Part shown: positions 11,838 to 25,300 of the stretch, in pieces
How the letters are laid out: every line of letters begins with the position of its first letter
Numbering within the stretch: the first letter of the stretch is position 1
Assembly (NCBI RefSeq): GCF_001194135.2
Contig: NC_068984.1
Location: forward strand, 44,471,177 to 44,535,176
DNA from: Octopus bimaculoides
Taxonomy: Eukaryota
Reading direction: 5' to 3'
DNA: 64,000 bases
The notes under the pieces: generated by a model
Told to the model about the DNA's origin: nothing
Database searches by the model: none
The model's input: the letters and a program-made list of their open reading frames with translations, nothing else
Translations under genes and position numbers: made by a program

Positions 11838-14800
11838 TCCCCCTAGCATTGCTTGACAACCAATGCTGGTGTGTTTATGTCCCCATCACTTAGCGGTTCA
11901 GCAAAAGAGACCGCTAGAATAAGTACTAGGCTTACAAAGAATAAGTCCCGGGGTCGATTTGCTTGACTAAAGGTGGTGCTCCAGCATGGCCACAGTCAAA
12001 TGACTGAAACAAGTAAAAGAGTAATAACTAATCCACCAACCCCTCACCTCAAGATTGCTAATCTTGTTCCTCAATAGGAAATATTATTCACCTCAATTTT
12101 ATTTAAAATTTGACTAAAACTAATTTTATAATGAAATATTTGCTAATCCATGTGAGCACTGTGAAATGGTGGTAAGGAGTGAGCCAGTCAATTTTGTAAT
12201 AATAGTGTGATATTGGTGGAGCAATTCTACTTGACTCATTCTTCTTACCAGTGATCTCAAGTTTGAGCTCAATATCTTACAGAGATAGGACTTTCCAGGC
12301 TACTTTGCTATCAGCACATAGAATGATGAGCTAATAAGAAAGTCAATTCAATGAAATAACAGTTAAATCTCTGTCAAATCACACTCCACTGTGTTAAAAA
12401 GCAGGAAGGATGGATTAGGTAACGTAGTCTTTGATACACTATATCTGAAAGAATGAAAGTTTGATGATGACCAGTGATTCTGGCCATCATAAATCTGCTG
12501 AAACATGATTGACCTGAAGCTAAATAACAACAACAATACACTGATAATATTAGATATCAGTAGTGATATGTTGTTGGCACTCCGTCGCTTACGACGTCAA
12601 GGGTTCCAGTTGATCCAATCAACGGAACAGCCTGCTCGTGAAATTAACGTGCAAGTGGCTGAGCACTCCACAGGCACGTGTACCCTTAACGTAGTTCTCG
12701 GGGATATTCAGCGTGACACAGTGTGACAAGGCTGACCCTTTGAATTACAGGCACAACAGAAACAGGAAGTAAGAGTGAGAGAAAGTTGTCATGAAAGAGT
12801 ACAGCAGGGTACGCCACCATCCCCTGCCGGAGCCTCGTGGAGCTATAGGTGTTTTTGCTCAATAAACATTCACAACGCCCGGTCTGGGAATCGAAACCGC
12901 GATCCTATGACCGCGAGTCCGCTGCCCTAACCACTGGGCCATTGCGTCTCCACCCCCAGCAGTGATATACAAACTTGATAAAGTTGAAGATTATTTGAGA
13001 ATGTAGAAAGTACTTTTACAAATCAACTTACCTTGACCTAAAACATTAAAATGGTTGCTGAACTTCAAAAGGAGTGTTGGCATGGTAACAAGCACTTGGA
13101 CAACTGGAACAAGACTGGGGATGAAGCATGAATCTACACGCATGCAGGCTGCAAGGGAAGCTGGCAACACACACGGATAGCTTCCATCAAAATCATCAAC
13201 CCTGAAGTATAAACATTTCTTAAAATAGTATGAACAGTTAGCAAAATAAATACTAAATCACTAGGCTATCAGGGTACCAACAACATTTACCCTTCTCAGT
13301 CAGGAAATACTTCAGTCATGAAAAACTTCACACAGCATAAATATACCAACTAGCTTAATAATAAAGTGTGTCTGTGCGTTTGTGCGTATGTGTGTGTATT
13401 CATTACATGCAGCAGAAACTGTATTAGATATAAAATAGTCACTTGTGTACTGTGTTAAAGCAGTGTGACAGGCAAATTTACAGAGTATTGGCTTTGAGAT
13501 ATTATTATTTATGAGAGTGCTATGTTTAAAAATGTCATATATATTTGGATGGGGTGAGCAGATGAAAATCATCCAAGCCATATCCAACCCAAATATTCTA
13601 CCTGTTTTATGTTCAAACTGGCCAAATCTGGCATCTTACACCTACCCCAAATGTCATTCTAAAAATAAACAATCGCATTATCAAAATCTCAAAGCTACAA
13701 GATAATATATGATTAATTTAAAACAATGTGGATAAATAAGCGTTACATTTGACAGAGTAACCTGAATGCTAAAGAGTTAAAATGAGAAATTAAAAATTTT
13801 CTCATACATGAATGTATATGTATACATATATATGGAGAAGTTTCATCATAGCTGATGGGTCAACAAGAAATAGCCCCAAATCTCCATCAAATTACACCCA
13901 CCTGTCTTAAATAATAGTAGACACATTAGATAATGATAATGTAATCATATATATTAAATGGATGATTATAGTTGAAATCATCATCATCATCATCGGTTAA
14001 CGTCTGCTTTCCATGCTGGCATGGGTTGGACGGCTTGATTGAGGACTGGTGAGCCAGAAGGCTGCACCAGGCTTAATCTGATCTGGCAAAGTTTCTACTG
14101 CTGGATGCCCTTCCTAATGCCAACCACTCCAAGAGTGTAGTGGGTGCTTTTACATGCCACCGGCACGAGGGCCAGTAAGGCGGTTCTGGCAATGACCATG
14201 CTCAAAAGGTGTTTTTTACGTGCAACCCAACCTGCACAGGAGCGAGTCCAGCAGCACTGACAACGACGACGCTCGAATGTTGTTTTTTATATGCCACCAG
14301 CACATGTGCTAGTAAGGCAACGTTGGCAACGATCACGCTTGAACGGTGTTTTTTATGTGCCACGGGCACAGGAGCCAATTCGTGGCCCTGGCAACGATCA
14401 CGTTCGGATGTGCTTTTAACGTTCCACTGGCACGAGTGCCAATCAGGCGGTATGGTCATCAGCCATGTCAGCGATTTTGATTTGATTTCACTTGCCTCAA
14501 TAGGTCTTCACAAGCAAAGTTCATTGTCCAATGAATGATGGGTACTCATAAGTGGGCTGGTTACACCCACTGGTATAGGCCATGGGCTATGGTCTCACTT
14601 GGCTTCTCAGGTCTTCGCAAGCACAGCATATCTCCAAAGGTCTCGGTCACTTGCCATTGTCTTGGTAAGGCCCAATGTTCGAAGGTTGTGCTTCACCACC
14701 TCATCCCAGGTCTTCCTGGGTCTACCTCTTCCACAGGTTCCCTCAACTGCTAGGGTGTGACACTTTTTCACACAGCTGTCCTCATTCATTCGCAACACAT

Positions 14801-17800
14801 GACCATACCAGTGCAGTCGTCTCTCTTGCACACCACGTCTGATGCTTCTTATGTCCAACTTTTCTCTCAGGTGCTTATACTCTGTCATGTATGCACACTG
14901 ACATAACACATCCATCGGAGCATACTGGCTTCATTCCTTGCAAGCTTACGCACATCCTCAGCAGTCACGGCCCATGTAGCATGGCTGTTCATACACATGC
15001 ATCATACAGTCTACCTTTTACTCTGAGCGAGAGGCCCTTTGTCACCAGCAGAGGTAGAAGCTCTCTAAACTTTGCCCAGGCTATTCTTATTCTAGCAGCT
15101 ACACTTTCAGAGCATCCACCCCTGCTACTGAATTGGTCCCCTAGGTAACGGAAGCCATCAACTACTAGTAGTTTTTCTCCCTGGGATGTGGCAGAAGTTG
15201 TTCTCTGCACATTTTCAGTGTTTACTGCACCTGAGCATTTGCCACATACAAAATCTATCTTCCCAGTTAGCGTTCCTTTGATATTGCCGCACCTTTGATT
15301 ACAAGTCTGCTTGACCAGGGATGATCTGGAGTGAAGTAATAATAACACACAAGGCACATAGATCCAGAGAAATGCAGACTTAAAGCTGTACAAGTGTTGT
15401 TCATAACAGAAATTTTAATAAGAAACTTACCCTGATGATGTGGAGGAGTGTGAATGGCAGGCTGTATATTTCTGATGGATTACAACACGCCACATTTGTG
15501 CAGCCATCAATTCAGGACCATTGACAGCCCTTACTTCAGGTAGAGGCAAAGTACTGCTTTCATTTTCAGACAGTGTGAAATTCTGATAGGCAAAGAACTG
15601 GTTGACCAACGAGTCCCAGTATTGCAGAGTGCACGGGATCTAGAAGGTTAAAAAAAATAGACAAATTTGAGCAAAAATTGACAGTAAACAGTGAATGTTA
15701 TGACAGTACTGTAAGTAGACCAGCAATAATTGAAGGATTAAAACAATACAAGTGAAAAGTAAATTCAAAAGGTGCAGTTCTGAATTCAAATCTTATCAAA
15801 ACTCAGGGTAGCTTTAAATATTAGCCCAGGAGATGTCAAATATATAGCAGTCATCATCATCATCATCATCATTTAACGTCCGTTGTCCATGGATTGGATG
15901 GTTTGACCAGGGCTGGTAAGCTGAGGGGCTGCACCAAGGTGCCAGTCTGATTTGACATGGTTTCTATGGCTGGATGCTAACCACTTCAAGAGTGTAATGA
16001 ATGCCTTAACATGCCACCAGCACAGGTGCCAGTTGCATGACACCAGTATCTACCATAACTAAGATTTCACTTGGATTGATGGGTCTTCTTCTCAAGCATG
16101 GCATATTGCCAAAGGTCTCAGTCATTTGTCATTGTTTCCGTGAAGCTTAATGCTCAAAAGGTGCTTTTTATGTGCCACTAGCATAGGTGCTAGTTACATG
16201 GCACCAGCATCGGCCACAACTACGATTTCACTTGGGTTGGTGCGGCTTTGCCAAACGTTTTGGCTACTAGTCATTGCCTCTGTGAGGCCCAATGTTTAAA
16301 AATCATGCTTCACCACCTCATGCCATGTTTTCCTGGGTTTGCCTCTACCACAGGTTCCCTCCACAGTTAGAGGTCAGCACTTCTTTACACAGCTGTCCTT
16401 GGCCATATGCATCTCGTGACCATACCAATGCAGTTGTCTCTTTTGTGCACCACATCTGATGCCTCTTATGCCCAACTTTTCTCTCAAGATATTAACATTC
16501 TGTCATACAAGCACATTGACATAGCTCATCAAGCAACGCATGCTAGCTTCATTTCTTTCAAGCCTACACATGTACTCAGTGATCACAACCCCTGTTTCAC
16601 TGCCATGTAGCGTAGCTGTTCGCACACAGGCATCATACAGTCTGCCGTTCATTCTGAGGGAGAGGCCATTTCTTACCAACAGAAGTAGGAGCTTTCTAAA
16701 CTTTCCCAGTCTATTCTTATTCTCGCAGCCACTCTCTCGGAATATCCACCTCTACTACTGACTTGGTCACCCAGATAACGGAAGCTATCTACTACCTCTA
16801 GCTTACCCCACTGGCAGTTGATGGAGTCTATTTTCTGTGCATTTTTAGTGTTTATTGTAGCTGTGCACTTTCCGCACACAAAATCTATTTTCCCAATTAA
16901 CCTTCCTTTGATATTGCAGCATCTCTTATGTATCCATGGCTTGCATTGGGTACATCTTATGGAGTTTCTAACAATGTTTTTCTTACCAATCAAGCAAGGC
17001 CATCTGCCTGAAGGGATTTGTGATTTGTCTGCTCTCCTATTCACTAAGACTTTAGTCTGCGCTAGATTAACTCTAAGGCCCTTTCACTCTAGACTTTGCT
17101 TCCATGCCTGAAATTTCTCCTCTAGTTCTGGTAGTGATTCCGCTATAAGAGCAAGGTCATCAGCATAGAGGAGCTCCCAAGGGCAACCCATCTTAAATTC
17201 ATCTGTTATTGCCTGGAGGACTATTATGATCAAAAGGGGTGCTGAGGACTGATCCTTGGTGAACCCCTACTTGTACCCTGAATTCATTGCTATGCTTGTG
17301 GCCAACCTTCACCTTACTGACAGCATACCAGTAAATGGCTTGTACAGCTCTCACCAACCACTCATCTGTCCCTAGCTTCCGCACTGACCACCAGATAAGG
17401 AGTGGGGGACTCTGTCAAAGCTTTCTCCAAGTCAATGAAAGGTACAGGTACAGGGGTTTATTTTTAGCTAGATATTTCTCCTGCACTTGTCTAACCAGGA
17501 ATATAACATTAGTCATGTTCCTGCCTAGCGCAAATCAAAACTGCATCACATCTAGACTAACTCTCTCCCTAAATAATTGAGCTATGACCTTTTCTGTGAC
17601 TTTCATCCCCTGGTCCAGCAATTTGATGTAAAATATATAGCTGTAATAAAATGGATCAAACATAATATCATCATTATTTGTTTGGCTAATTCCTTGTCAA
17701 ATAAATACTGAATCATGAGAGCTAACTGGTTCTTTATTTTATAGACCTCCAGAAAGATGGAACGTAAAGTTGACCATGACAATTTGAACTCAAAACGTAA

Positions 17801-20717
17801 AGAGCTGGAAGAAATACTACAGTTCGGTCAATTCACCACCATTATTGTGTAGCATTACAATGAAAATTAGGAAGCAGTAATGAAGTGAGCATCAACAATA
17901 CTTACTTGAGATGGTTGTTGGTCTAAAATACTGGACTCATCCACAAGACTGAATGGTACAGGTGAAATGGTGACATGAGACAGTACACGACTCTGATCAT
18001 AGCACCATGTCATTGAACTGTTACCGTTATTATCACAATTGCAGAATAATATCTGGTGTGGGCCTGGATGCCCATCTGTTATCACTAAACATGTGAAGAG
18101 AGAAAGATGAAATTATCATAATATATTTCTACTTATGTAGTGCATAGTAACTTTTTTTAAGAGGATAGGATACAATGCAGTGACTCAACCCATGTATATA
18201 ACTAGTACTTATTTTATCAACAGTGGATGTATACTAGCAAAGTTAATCCCAGTGAGATTTAGACTTAGAATCATAAAAACAACTCAGATTCTGCCAAGAG
18301 AACATCAAACAACTGTCTGAAAATTTGACATTTTATATGTATTGTGCTGTCTCCCACACTTTTCCATCAGTACATGACCAGTCTCAGTTGCATGAAATTC
18401 TAACATCACACACTCCTATACAAGTAATAAACCGTTCTTCTTGAACTTTCCACATGCAGGTATCATTCGGACACAACTTAGACATCTCAGCAAAACACTC
18501 ACTACTTCCTAGTTATCATTCTTCCTCTCATCAACTCTGTTGTATCATGCCTTCCAAAACTCTGAACTCAACATTCTTTCCCAGAACAACTACTAAATGG
18601 AATTCTTTACTCGCCCAATTTTTTCCAGCAAACATTAACCTACTGAATATCAAATCTCATCTATTTCACCAACCTCAAGAACATACAATAGTCATGGGTA
18701 CTTCATGGCAATCTATTGCTCCTTGGGATTCAGCCTCTCTAAAAGAATGGTCCCATATTAATGAGGGAACCTCTACATGATAACATAACCTACTAGAAAC
18801 AACAGCCAAATCTTTCTCTCAAACTGCACCCTACCATCTTAAAAAACTCCATTGCTTAACATAGTCAGGGGTAAAATACTCTTGAAAATTAGACAGGATG
18901 GCCATGGCTTGAGTGCCTTTCATCATAGTGTTGCCCGATCAAAGTCAACTCAGGGGTAATCAATAACAACAACCTTCTCACCACCAACAGATAAATATTT
19001 CTCCTTTTACAACAATAAGCTATCAATATGCCACCTTAGAATTAGGTGAACTCAATTTTTGCAAATTAAATGGTTTGACGCTAGACATAATGCAGTAACC
19101 ACATTGAAATGTGAACTCCCAGCCTTTTAGCTGTTTATCTGGTTACTTATCAACAGCTTAAGTGTCACTCTTTATTGAAACATCACTGACAATACCTATC
19201 ATATTAATCATCAAGGTATATGAAATATGTATTGATATTTTATTGTTTTACTAGGTTGGTCTTTGACTTCTAGTTTACCACTGATTATGTAGACCTGTGA
19301 TTCAAAGGAGTTTCAGACAAGACAATCCTATTGTTCAGTATATATCACAGAATACAACATCACATGTGTCCTTTCTGTTTTAAACAGTAGAATATATTTG
19401 AAAGATTTTGGGCTGCGATTTCTAGGAAATTCAGCAATCACATAGTTTCTGTACTGGCAGACAGGTTGTTGCTGAGTAACACTAGGCAGGTTACTAGCTA
19501 AAGTATGTCAATTTTCTTTACTAGTACAGCTAGAAACATCTTATCCAATGCGTCTTTCTTTTTCTAAGACAGTATGGTGTGGTTTAAGGGAGATTGGGCT
19601 ATTTCTGGCAAGTCTGTCTTACAGAGTCTCCCTCATTGCTTTATGCTTAAATTATTCTTTCTCTTGTAATAACTGCTTACAAAGACTAGAGATTTGTGTT
19701 TCAATAACTTTTCATCTTGCAAATTATGACAAAAGAATAAGATTTTAATTCAACATGCCTTACATACCTGAGAAAACTTCTGTGAAATTCCATAAACAAA
19801 GAACATACTCAGCAGTCTCATTTCAAGTGTAAAATTAAAAACTTAAAGCATGAGATAGGTACCCATTTTAGATTTTGGTAAGAAGCTTGTTTCGATGAGC
19901 TACATTGAATAGATCAATGCATTATGTAGCAATATAATATAGTGGACATGAGCAAGTGTGTTTAAAAGTTTTGATTCTCAGCAATGTGGTTTCAGGTTCA
20001 ATCCCACTATGTGATACTTTGGGCAAATGTCTTTAACAGTAGCTTTGGACTAACCAAAGTCTCACAAAAATGTAGTGGGAGGAACTGCTCCTGATTTTGA
20101 GTGGTACACTTCATTCATTGCCCTGTTTAACACCACCAACTGGCTATAGAGTGCCTCCAGTAGAGCTCACTCAGTTGAAAGCATTTGACTCATGTCACCA
20201 AATTAAGGAAGGAGCCCAATTGCTCCTTCCTACTCAGCTTGGAGGCCCTGAGAAGAAGGTCATGCACACTACCCTTCCACCTCTGACTAAACTATAATTG
20301 TTTTTTTTTTTTTTAAGTATTCAAGCAAGGAAGCTCATTTGACAATGTTGAAACTAACTAGGAATGCAGAAAATACAAAAACAAAAACCAGACTCACCAG
20401 GGTCAATGATATACTCAAATTTTCCAGTTCGCAAGTCATCTACAGTATTCATAGTGACAAAACCATCCTGACTAGTGGAACTAACAGTTGGTTTGGATTC
20501 TGATTTGGAAGAAGACTGCTTTGTAAAGAGGGGCTAAAAAAAAATGAATGACAAACAGAAAGAGATAAAGAATAAGAACAATGTCCCATTTGATCCTTTG
20601 TCATTTTACATTAAAACAGCATCCCTACCAATGTATTGAAATTTATGTTAAATAGTAATGGCTTAGTGATGAGGAAAGTTAATGAGAATGATGATTATGA
20701 TAATGACTGTGATGGCA

Positions 20718-20748
<31 letters not shown>

Positions 20749-22248
20749 ACCATGACAATGGAGTTAATGTGAATGATGGTAAATGTTAATGATGATGATG
20801 TGGTGGTGGTGTTATGACTGTGGTGTATAGTAGATAACTGATGTCACAAAGCTATTTAGAAATTTAAAAACAAAAAAAAAAAATCAATGGAGAGGGCTAT
20901 AGCAAAAAACATGTCAACAACATATGTTGTAAAGTAAACTTTAATAACAACATATGACAGCTTGTTTCTCACTCAACCTAAATTTTATAAAAGAGATATA
21001 TGAATGTTATTACGTTTTTATTAATTTCTTTTTAATTATGAACTATTGGGGCTCATTAACACACAAACGCACATACGCACCACCCACACAGGAAAAGATA
21101 TTTCTAAGGAGTCATTATTAAAGTCATTCAAATCCAAAGAAATGGTAACATATTCAAAGGGATAACACAGTTTACAGAATGTTACTTGTTTCTGATTTAT
21201 GTCATTTTGGTGTTCATAGTTATAGAGCAGCCTACATTCTTTCTTTTGCAATAATTGCTTACAACGACTAAGAGATTTGTATTCCAATAAGCTCTCATCT
21301 TGCAAATTATGACAGACAGACAAACAAATGAATAGACAGATGAACAGAGAGACTGGCAGAGATACACATAGGTTGTGTGGCTGTATGTTTTTTCACAGCA
21401 AAAGAATAAGGATTTTAATTCAACATACCTTACATTCCTGAGAAAACTGTTCCGTGAAATTCCGTAGACAAAGAACATGCTCCTGTCCAAAGTGAACAAG
21501 GAGCAGGCCCATTTCAAGTGTAAGTACGGTTTTTGGTAAATAGTCAGGACCACTATGGACACATTGCTGTGATGCTGTAGAAAAGTTGAGGGAGGTTGGT
21601 CCCAAGAATGGTAATGGTGGTTGCTTTGAATAGCAGGTTTTCAGTTGAACATCTTTTAAACAGAGATTGCTCAAAATTTCATTGACGACCCCTGAAAAAA
21701 TAGAATAGAAAGACAAGGTGGAGAAATAATTTAACAAAAAAATTAGGGAAAAATCAAGGGAAAAGCAAACTTGAATTTTCATAAAAACAAAAGACACGTG
21801 GTTTTTCACTAAGAAAATATTTACAAAATATAACTAAGTTTCTAACATTTTGAACAACAGCCAGAATTTAGTTCCTCTATAGCATACAAATCTATTCATA
21901 TTTGTAAATTTTATTATGAATTTTTTCCACTGCAAAACTTTAGGCGCCGGAGTGGCTGTGTGGTTCAGTCCCACTGCGTGGCACCTTGGGTAAGTATCTT
22001 CTACTACAGCCTCGGGCTGACCAAAGCCTTGTGAGTGGATTTGGTAGACGGAAACTGAAAAAAGCCTGTCGTATATATATCATCATCATCATTATCATCA
22101 TCGTTTAACATCCGCTTTCCATGCTAGCATGGGTTGGACGATTTCACTGAGGACTGGTGAAACTAGATGGCTACACCAGGCTCCAATCTGATTTGGCAGA
22201 GTTTTTACAGCTGGATGCCCTTCCTAACGCCAACCACTTAGAGAGTGT

Positions 22249-22308
<60 letters not shown>

Positions 22309-25300
22309 GTATGTGTGTGTGTGTATGTGTGTGTGTGTATGTTTGTGTGTCTGTGTTTGTCCCAGAAACATTGCTTGACAACAGATGCTGGTGTGTTTGC
22401 GTCCCTGTAACTTAGCGGTTTGGCAAAAGGAGACCGATAAAATAAGTACTAGGTTTACAAAGAATAAGTCCTGGATGTCGATTTCTTCAACTAAAGGCGG
22501 TGCTCCAGCATGGCTGCAGTCAAATGACTGAAACAAGTAAAAGAGTAAAAGAGTAGTTCCCTTGCAATCCAATTGAGAATTCGCTATATGATTGCTCATT
22601 CTGCCAGAAAGCAGCCAAATCTAACTCAAATCACTTTCCTTTAAATAGGAAGATAGTAAATTAGATAATGTATTTCTAGATATACAATTTCTGAATTTTA
22701 GATGAAATTGCCAAGTCTGTATGGTCAATGCTCATCTAGTACTAAGCAATGACAACCAGTTGTTCTCTAAAACTGTGTTTGTTTGTTGGGGGGGGGTGCT
22801 TTTTTTTTGCATTCCACTTCACACTTCAAACTGCATTTAGTTCAGGTAAAACTGTTGCTAATTCTCTACAGAGTGCAAATACGCTGCACACTACAATACC
22901 AGAATTCTGACCAAAGATTTTTATTAGCAGAAAGTTATCAACAGTTTTGACCACTAATAATTTGCAAAAATAACCAAAAGTGACGTAAGGATAAAAAACA
23001 TGTCAATAGAATGGCTTTAGATAAGTTTTCCGTAAGTGTATATATACATATATCAACATCATCATCTCTCTTTTAATGTCTAGTTTTCCATACTTACATG
23101 GACCAGACAGATGCTGGCCAGAAATGTATTAGCAGAATATTGGAAATGAATAACATTGCTTGTGTGACAGTGACACTCTATTACAACTACTATGTGATGT
23201 TAAGACAAGCATACACTCACAAGTACATATATACATAGACATGTATATATACATATATTATACAATGGGCTTCTTTCAGTTTCCATCAACCAAATCCACT
23301 CACAAAGGCTCTGGTCACCCTGGGGCTATAGTAAAAGACACTTGCTCACAGTCCCTGCAGTGGGACTGAACTTGAAACCATGTGGTTGAGGAGCAAGCTT
23401 CTTAACCTGAAAGTTAAGCATGCCAGCCTCTATCTGCCTCTGTATGTGTGTATATAAATATATATATATATATATATANNNNNNNNNNNNNNNNNNNNNN
23501 NNNNNNNNNNNNNNNNNNNNNNNNNNNNNNNNNNNNNNNNNNNNNNNNNNNNNNNNNNNNNNNNNNNNNNNNNNNNNNNNNNNNNNNNNNNNNNNNNNNN
23601 NNNNNNNNNNNNNNNNNNNNNNNNNNNNNNNNNNNNNNNNNNNNNNNNNNNNNNNNNNNNNNNNNNNNNNNNNNNNNNNNNNNNNNNNNNNNNNNNNNNN
23701 NNNNNNNNNNNNNNNNNNNNNNNNNNNNNNNNNNNNNNNNNNNNNNNNNNNNNNNNNNNNNNNNNNNNNNNNNNNNNNNNNNNNNNNNNNNNNNNNNNNN
23801 NNNNNNNNNNNNNNNNNNNNNNNCTTGAAATGCAAACATAATATTTAAACATGTCTCGATGTAAACAAATCTATTTTTACTTTTTTGACTTTTGAGTTTA
23901 AGTTATTGAAAAGAGGTGGAGCAGTAACCATGACAATGCTAGTGAATTTGATACAGCAGATGTTCAGTAATGTCCGAAGGAAAATATACAGATGAGAAAG
24001 GAATTCCAGTTTTATTTTAGTTTTATTTTGTGTGGATCTGGACAATAAAATACAGTAGGACCAATGGGAGAATAGAAGCGTAAAGATGGGGATGTGATAG
24101 CAGCTAATTCAATGGAGCAGGGACTATTGTAGTGATGGTTAAAAAAGTAAAATGAAAGGAAAGGGTATATGAAAAATTTATCATGCAAGAATATTTATTT
24201 TTTAAATCCAAATCAGAAGGATACTGTACTGCTGCTCCTTACAACATGTCAGTAAAGAAAAATAAGGTATGCTACTTCTAATAAGGGTGATGATAATAAT
24301 AATATCTGGTAAATCAGAAATATCTTTGAGAGACTGACAAAATAATATATAATTCAAGACAATAGTTGTTGATTTGCTTTAGCTTAGTTTGAGATCCACC
24401 TTGATCAAGCAGATCTATGACTAAAAGTATTCTGGCTATGATCATCTCACATACATTTTCAGATATAGCGTGTCTAGGATTATCTTATCCAATGTGTCGA
24501 TCATTTATCTTCTTTTTTTACTGACTTAGTCAGATGAAGGGTTGCATCCATGCTCCTTTACAGAGCCTCCGTGACAAATGGGTGTAACTCAATTTCAGAC
24601 CAGAAACCATGTCCAAGTGCTTGCAACAGAGTGGACCCCATTAAAGATACTCAACAGTCAGGTGGTGAAAGGTGTTAACCCTTTAGCATTTAAACTAGCT
24701 GTATCTGGTCCAAATATTCTACCTGCCTTATGTTCAAACTACCAAATCCAACTTCTCACACCTATCCTACAATGTCATTCAAAAATTAAAGAATCACATC
24801 ATCAAAAGCTCAAAGCTACAGAGAGAATGCATGATTAATTCAAAACAATATGAATAAATAAGTATTACATTTGATAGAATAATCAAAATAATCAAGGGTT
24901 AAACCTGGTCCACTGCCATTTTTTAAGACATTAGAGAGTGAATTGAGAATTGAGGGAAATCTGATTGTCATTTCTAGCAAGCTAAGTGATTGTAAATAAT
25001 AATAATAATGAACTTATTGTATACAGCACTTAGGTGCACTACAGCTCATCAGAAAAAACAGCCTAAACTACATGAAAACAGTCAAGACTGCATAGAATAA
25101 TGCACAGGAAGTGAACAGTGAATGAGTCTTAGAAAAACACGCACAAAAAAAAGGAGGGAGCATCGAGTGTACAGTTGACAAACTTCAGGAAGCATGGAAG
25201 TTTTGAAGGATGTAGTGTTCTAACAATTAACAAAGTCCAAGCTTCAGCAATTCTAAGTATGAAAAAATGTCTCCAGAAGTCATGGGTGCTGTGAGCTCCC

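Noticed and set aside
12880-12951. tRNA-like sequence with A and B boxes (also at 60141)
   Set aside because: It continues into a ~300-bp SINE body shared by both copies, with no proper acceptor stem end or T-run terminator, so it is a SINE head rather than a tRNA gene.
20097-20297. GC-richer 66-aa plus-strand ORF
   Set aside because: No ATG start or recognisable domain, and it shares sequence with dispersed repeat remnants at ~24590-24670 and ~34200-34330.
21036-21323. 95-aa minus-strand ORF just downstream of exon 23
   Set aside because: No similarity to recalled VPS13B, exon 23 already joins exon 24 in phase, and the duplicated copy at 19654 does not preserve the frame.
19768-21691. Mutually exclusive exon pair (exon 23 and its copy)
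   Set aside because: The copy is partial, has frame-breaking deletions and lies beyond exon 24, so it cannot substitute for exon 23; kept only as a poison-exon candidate.
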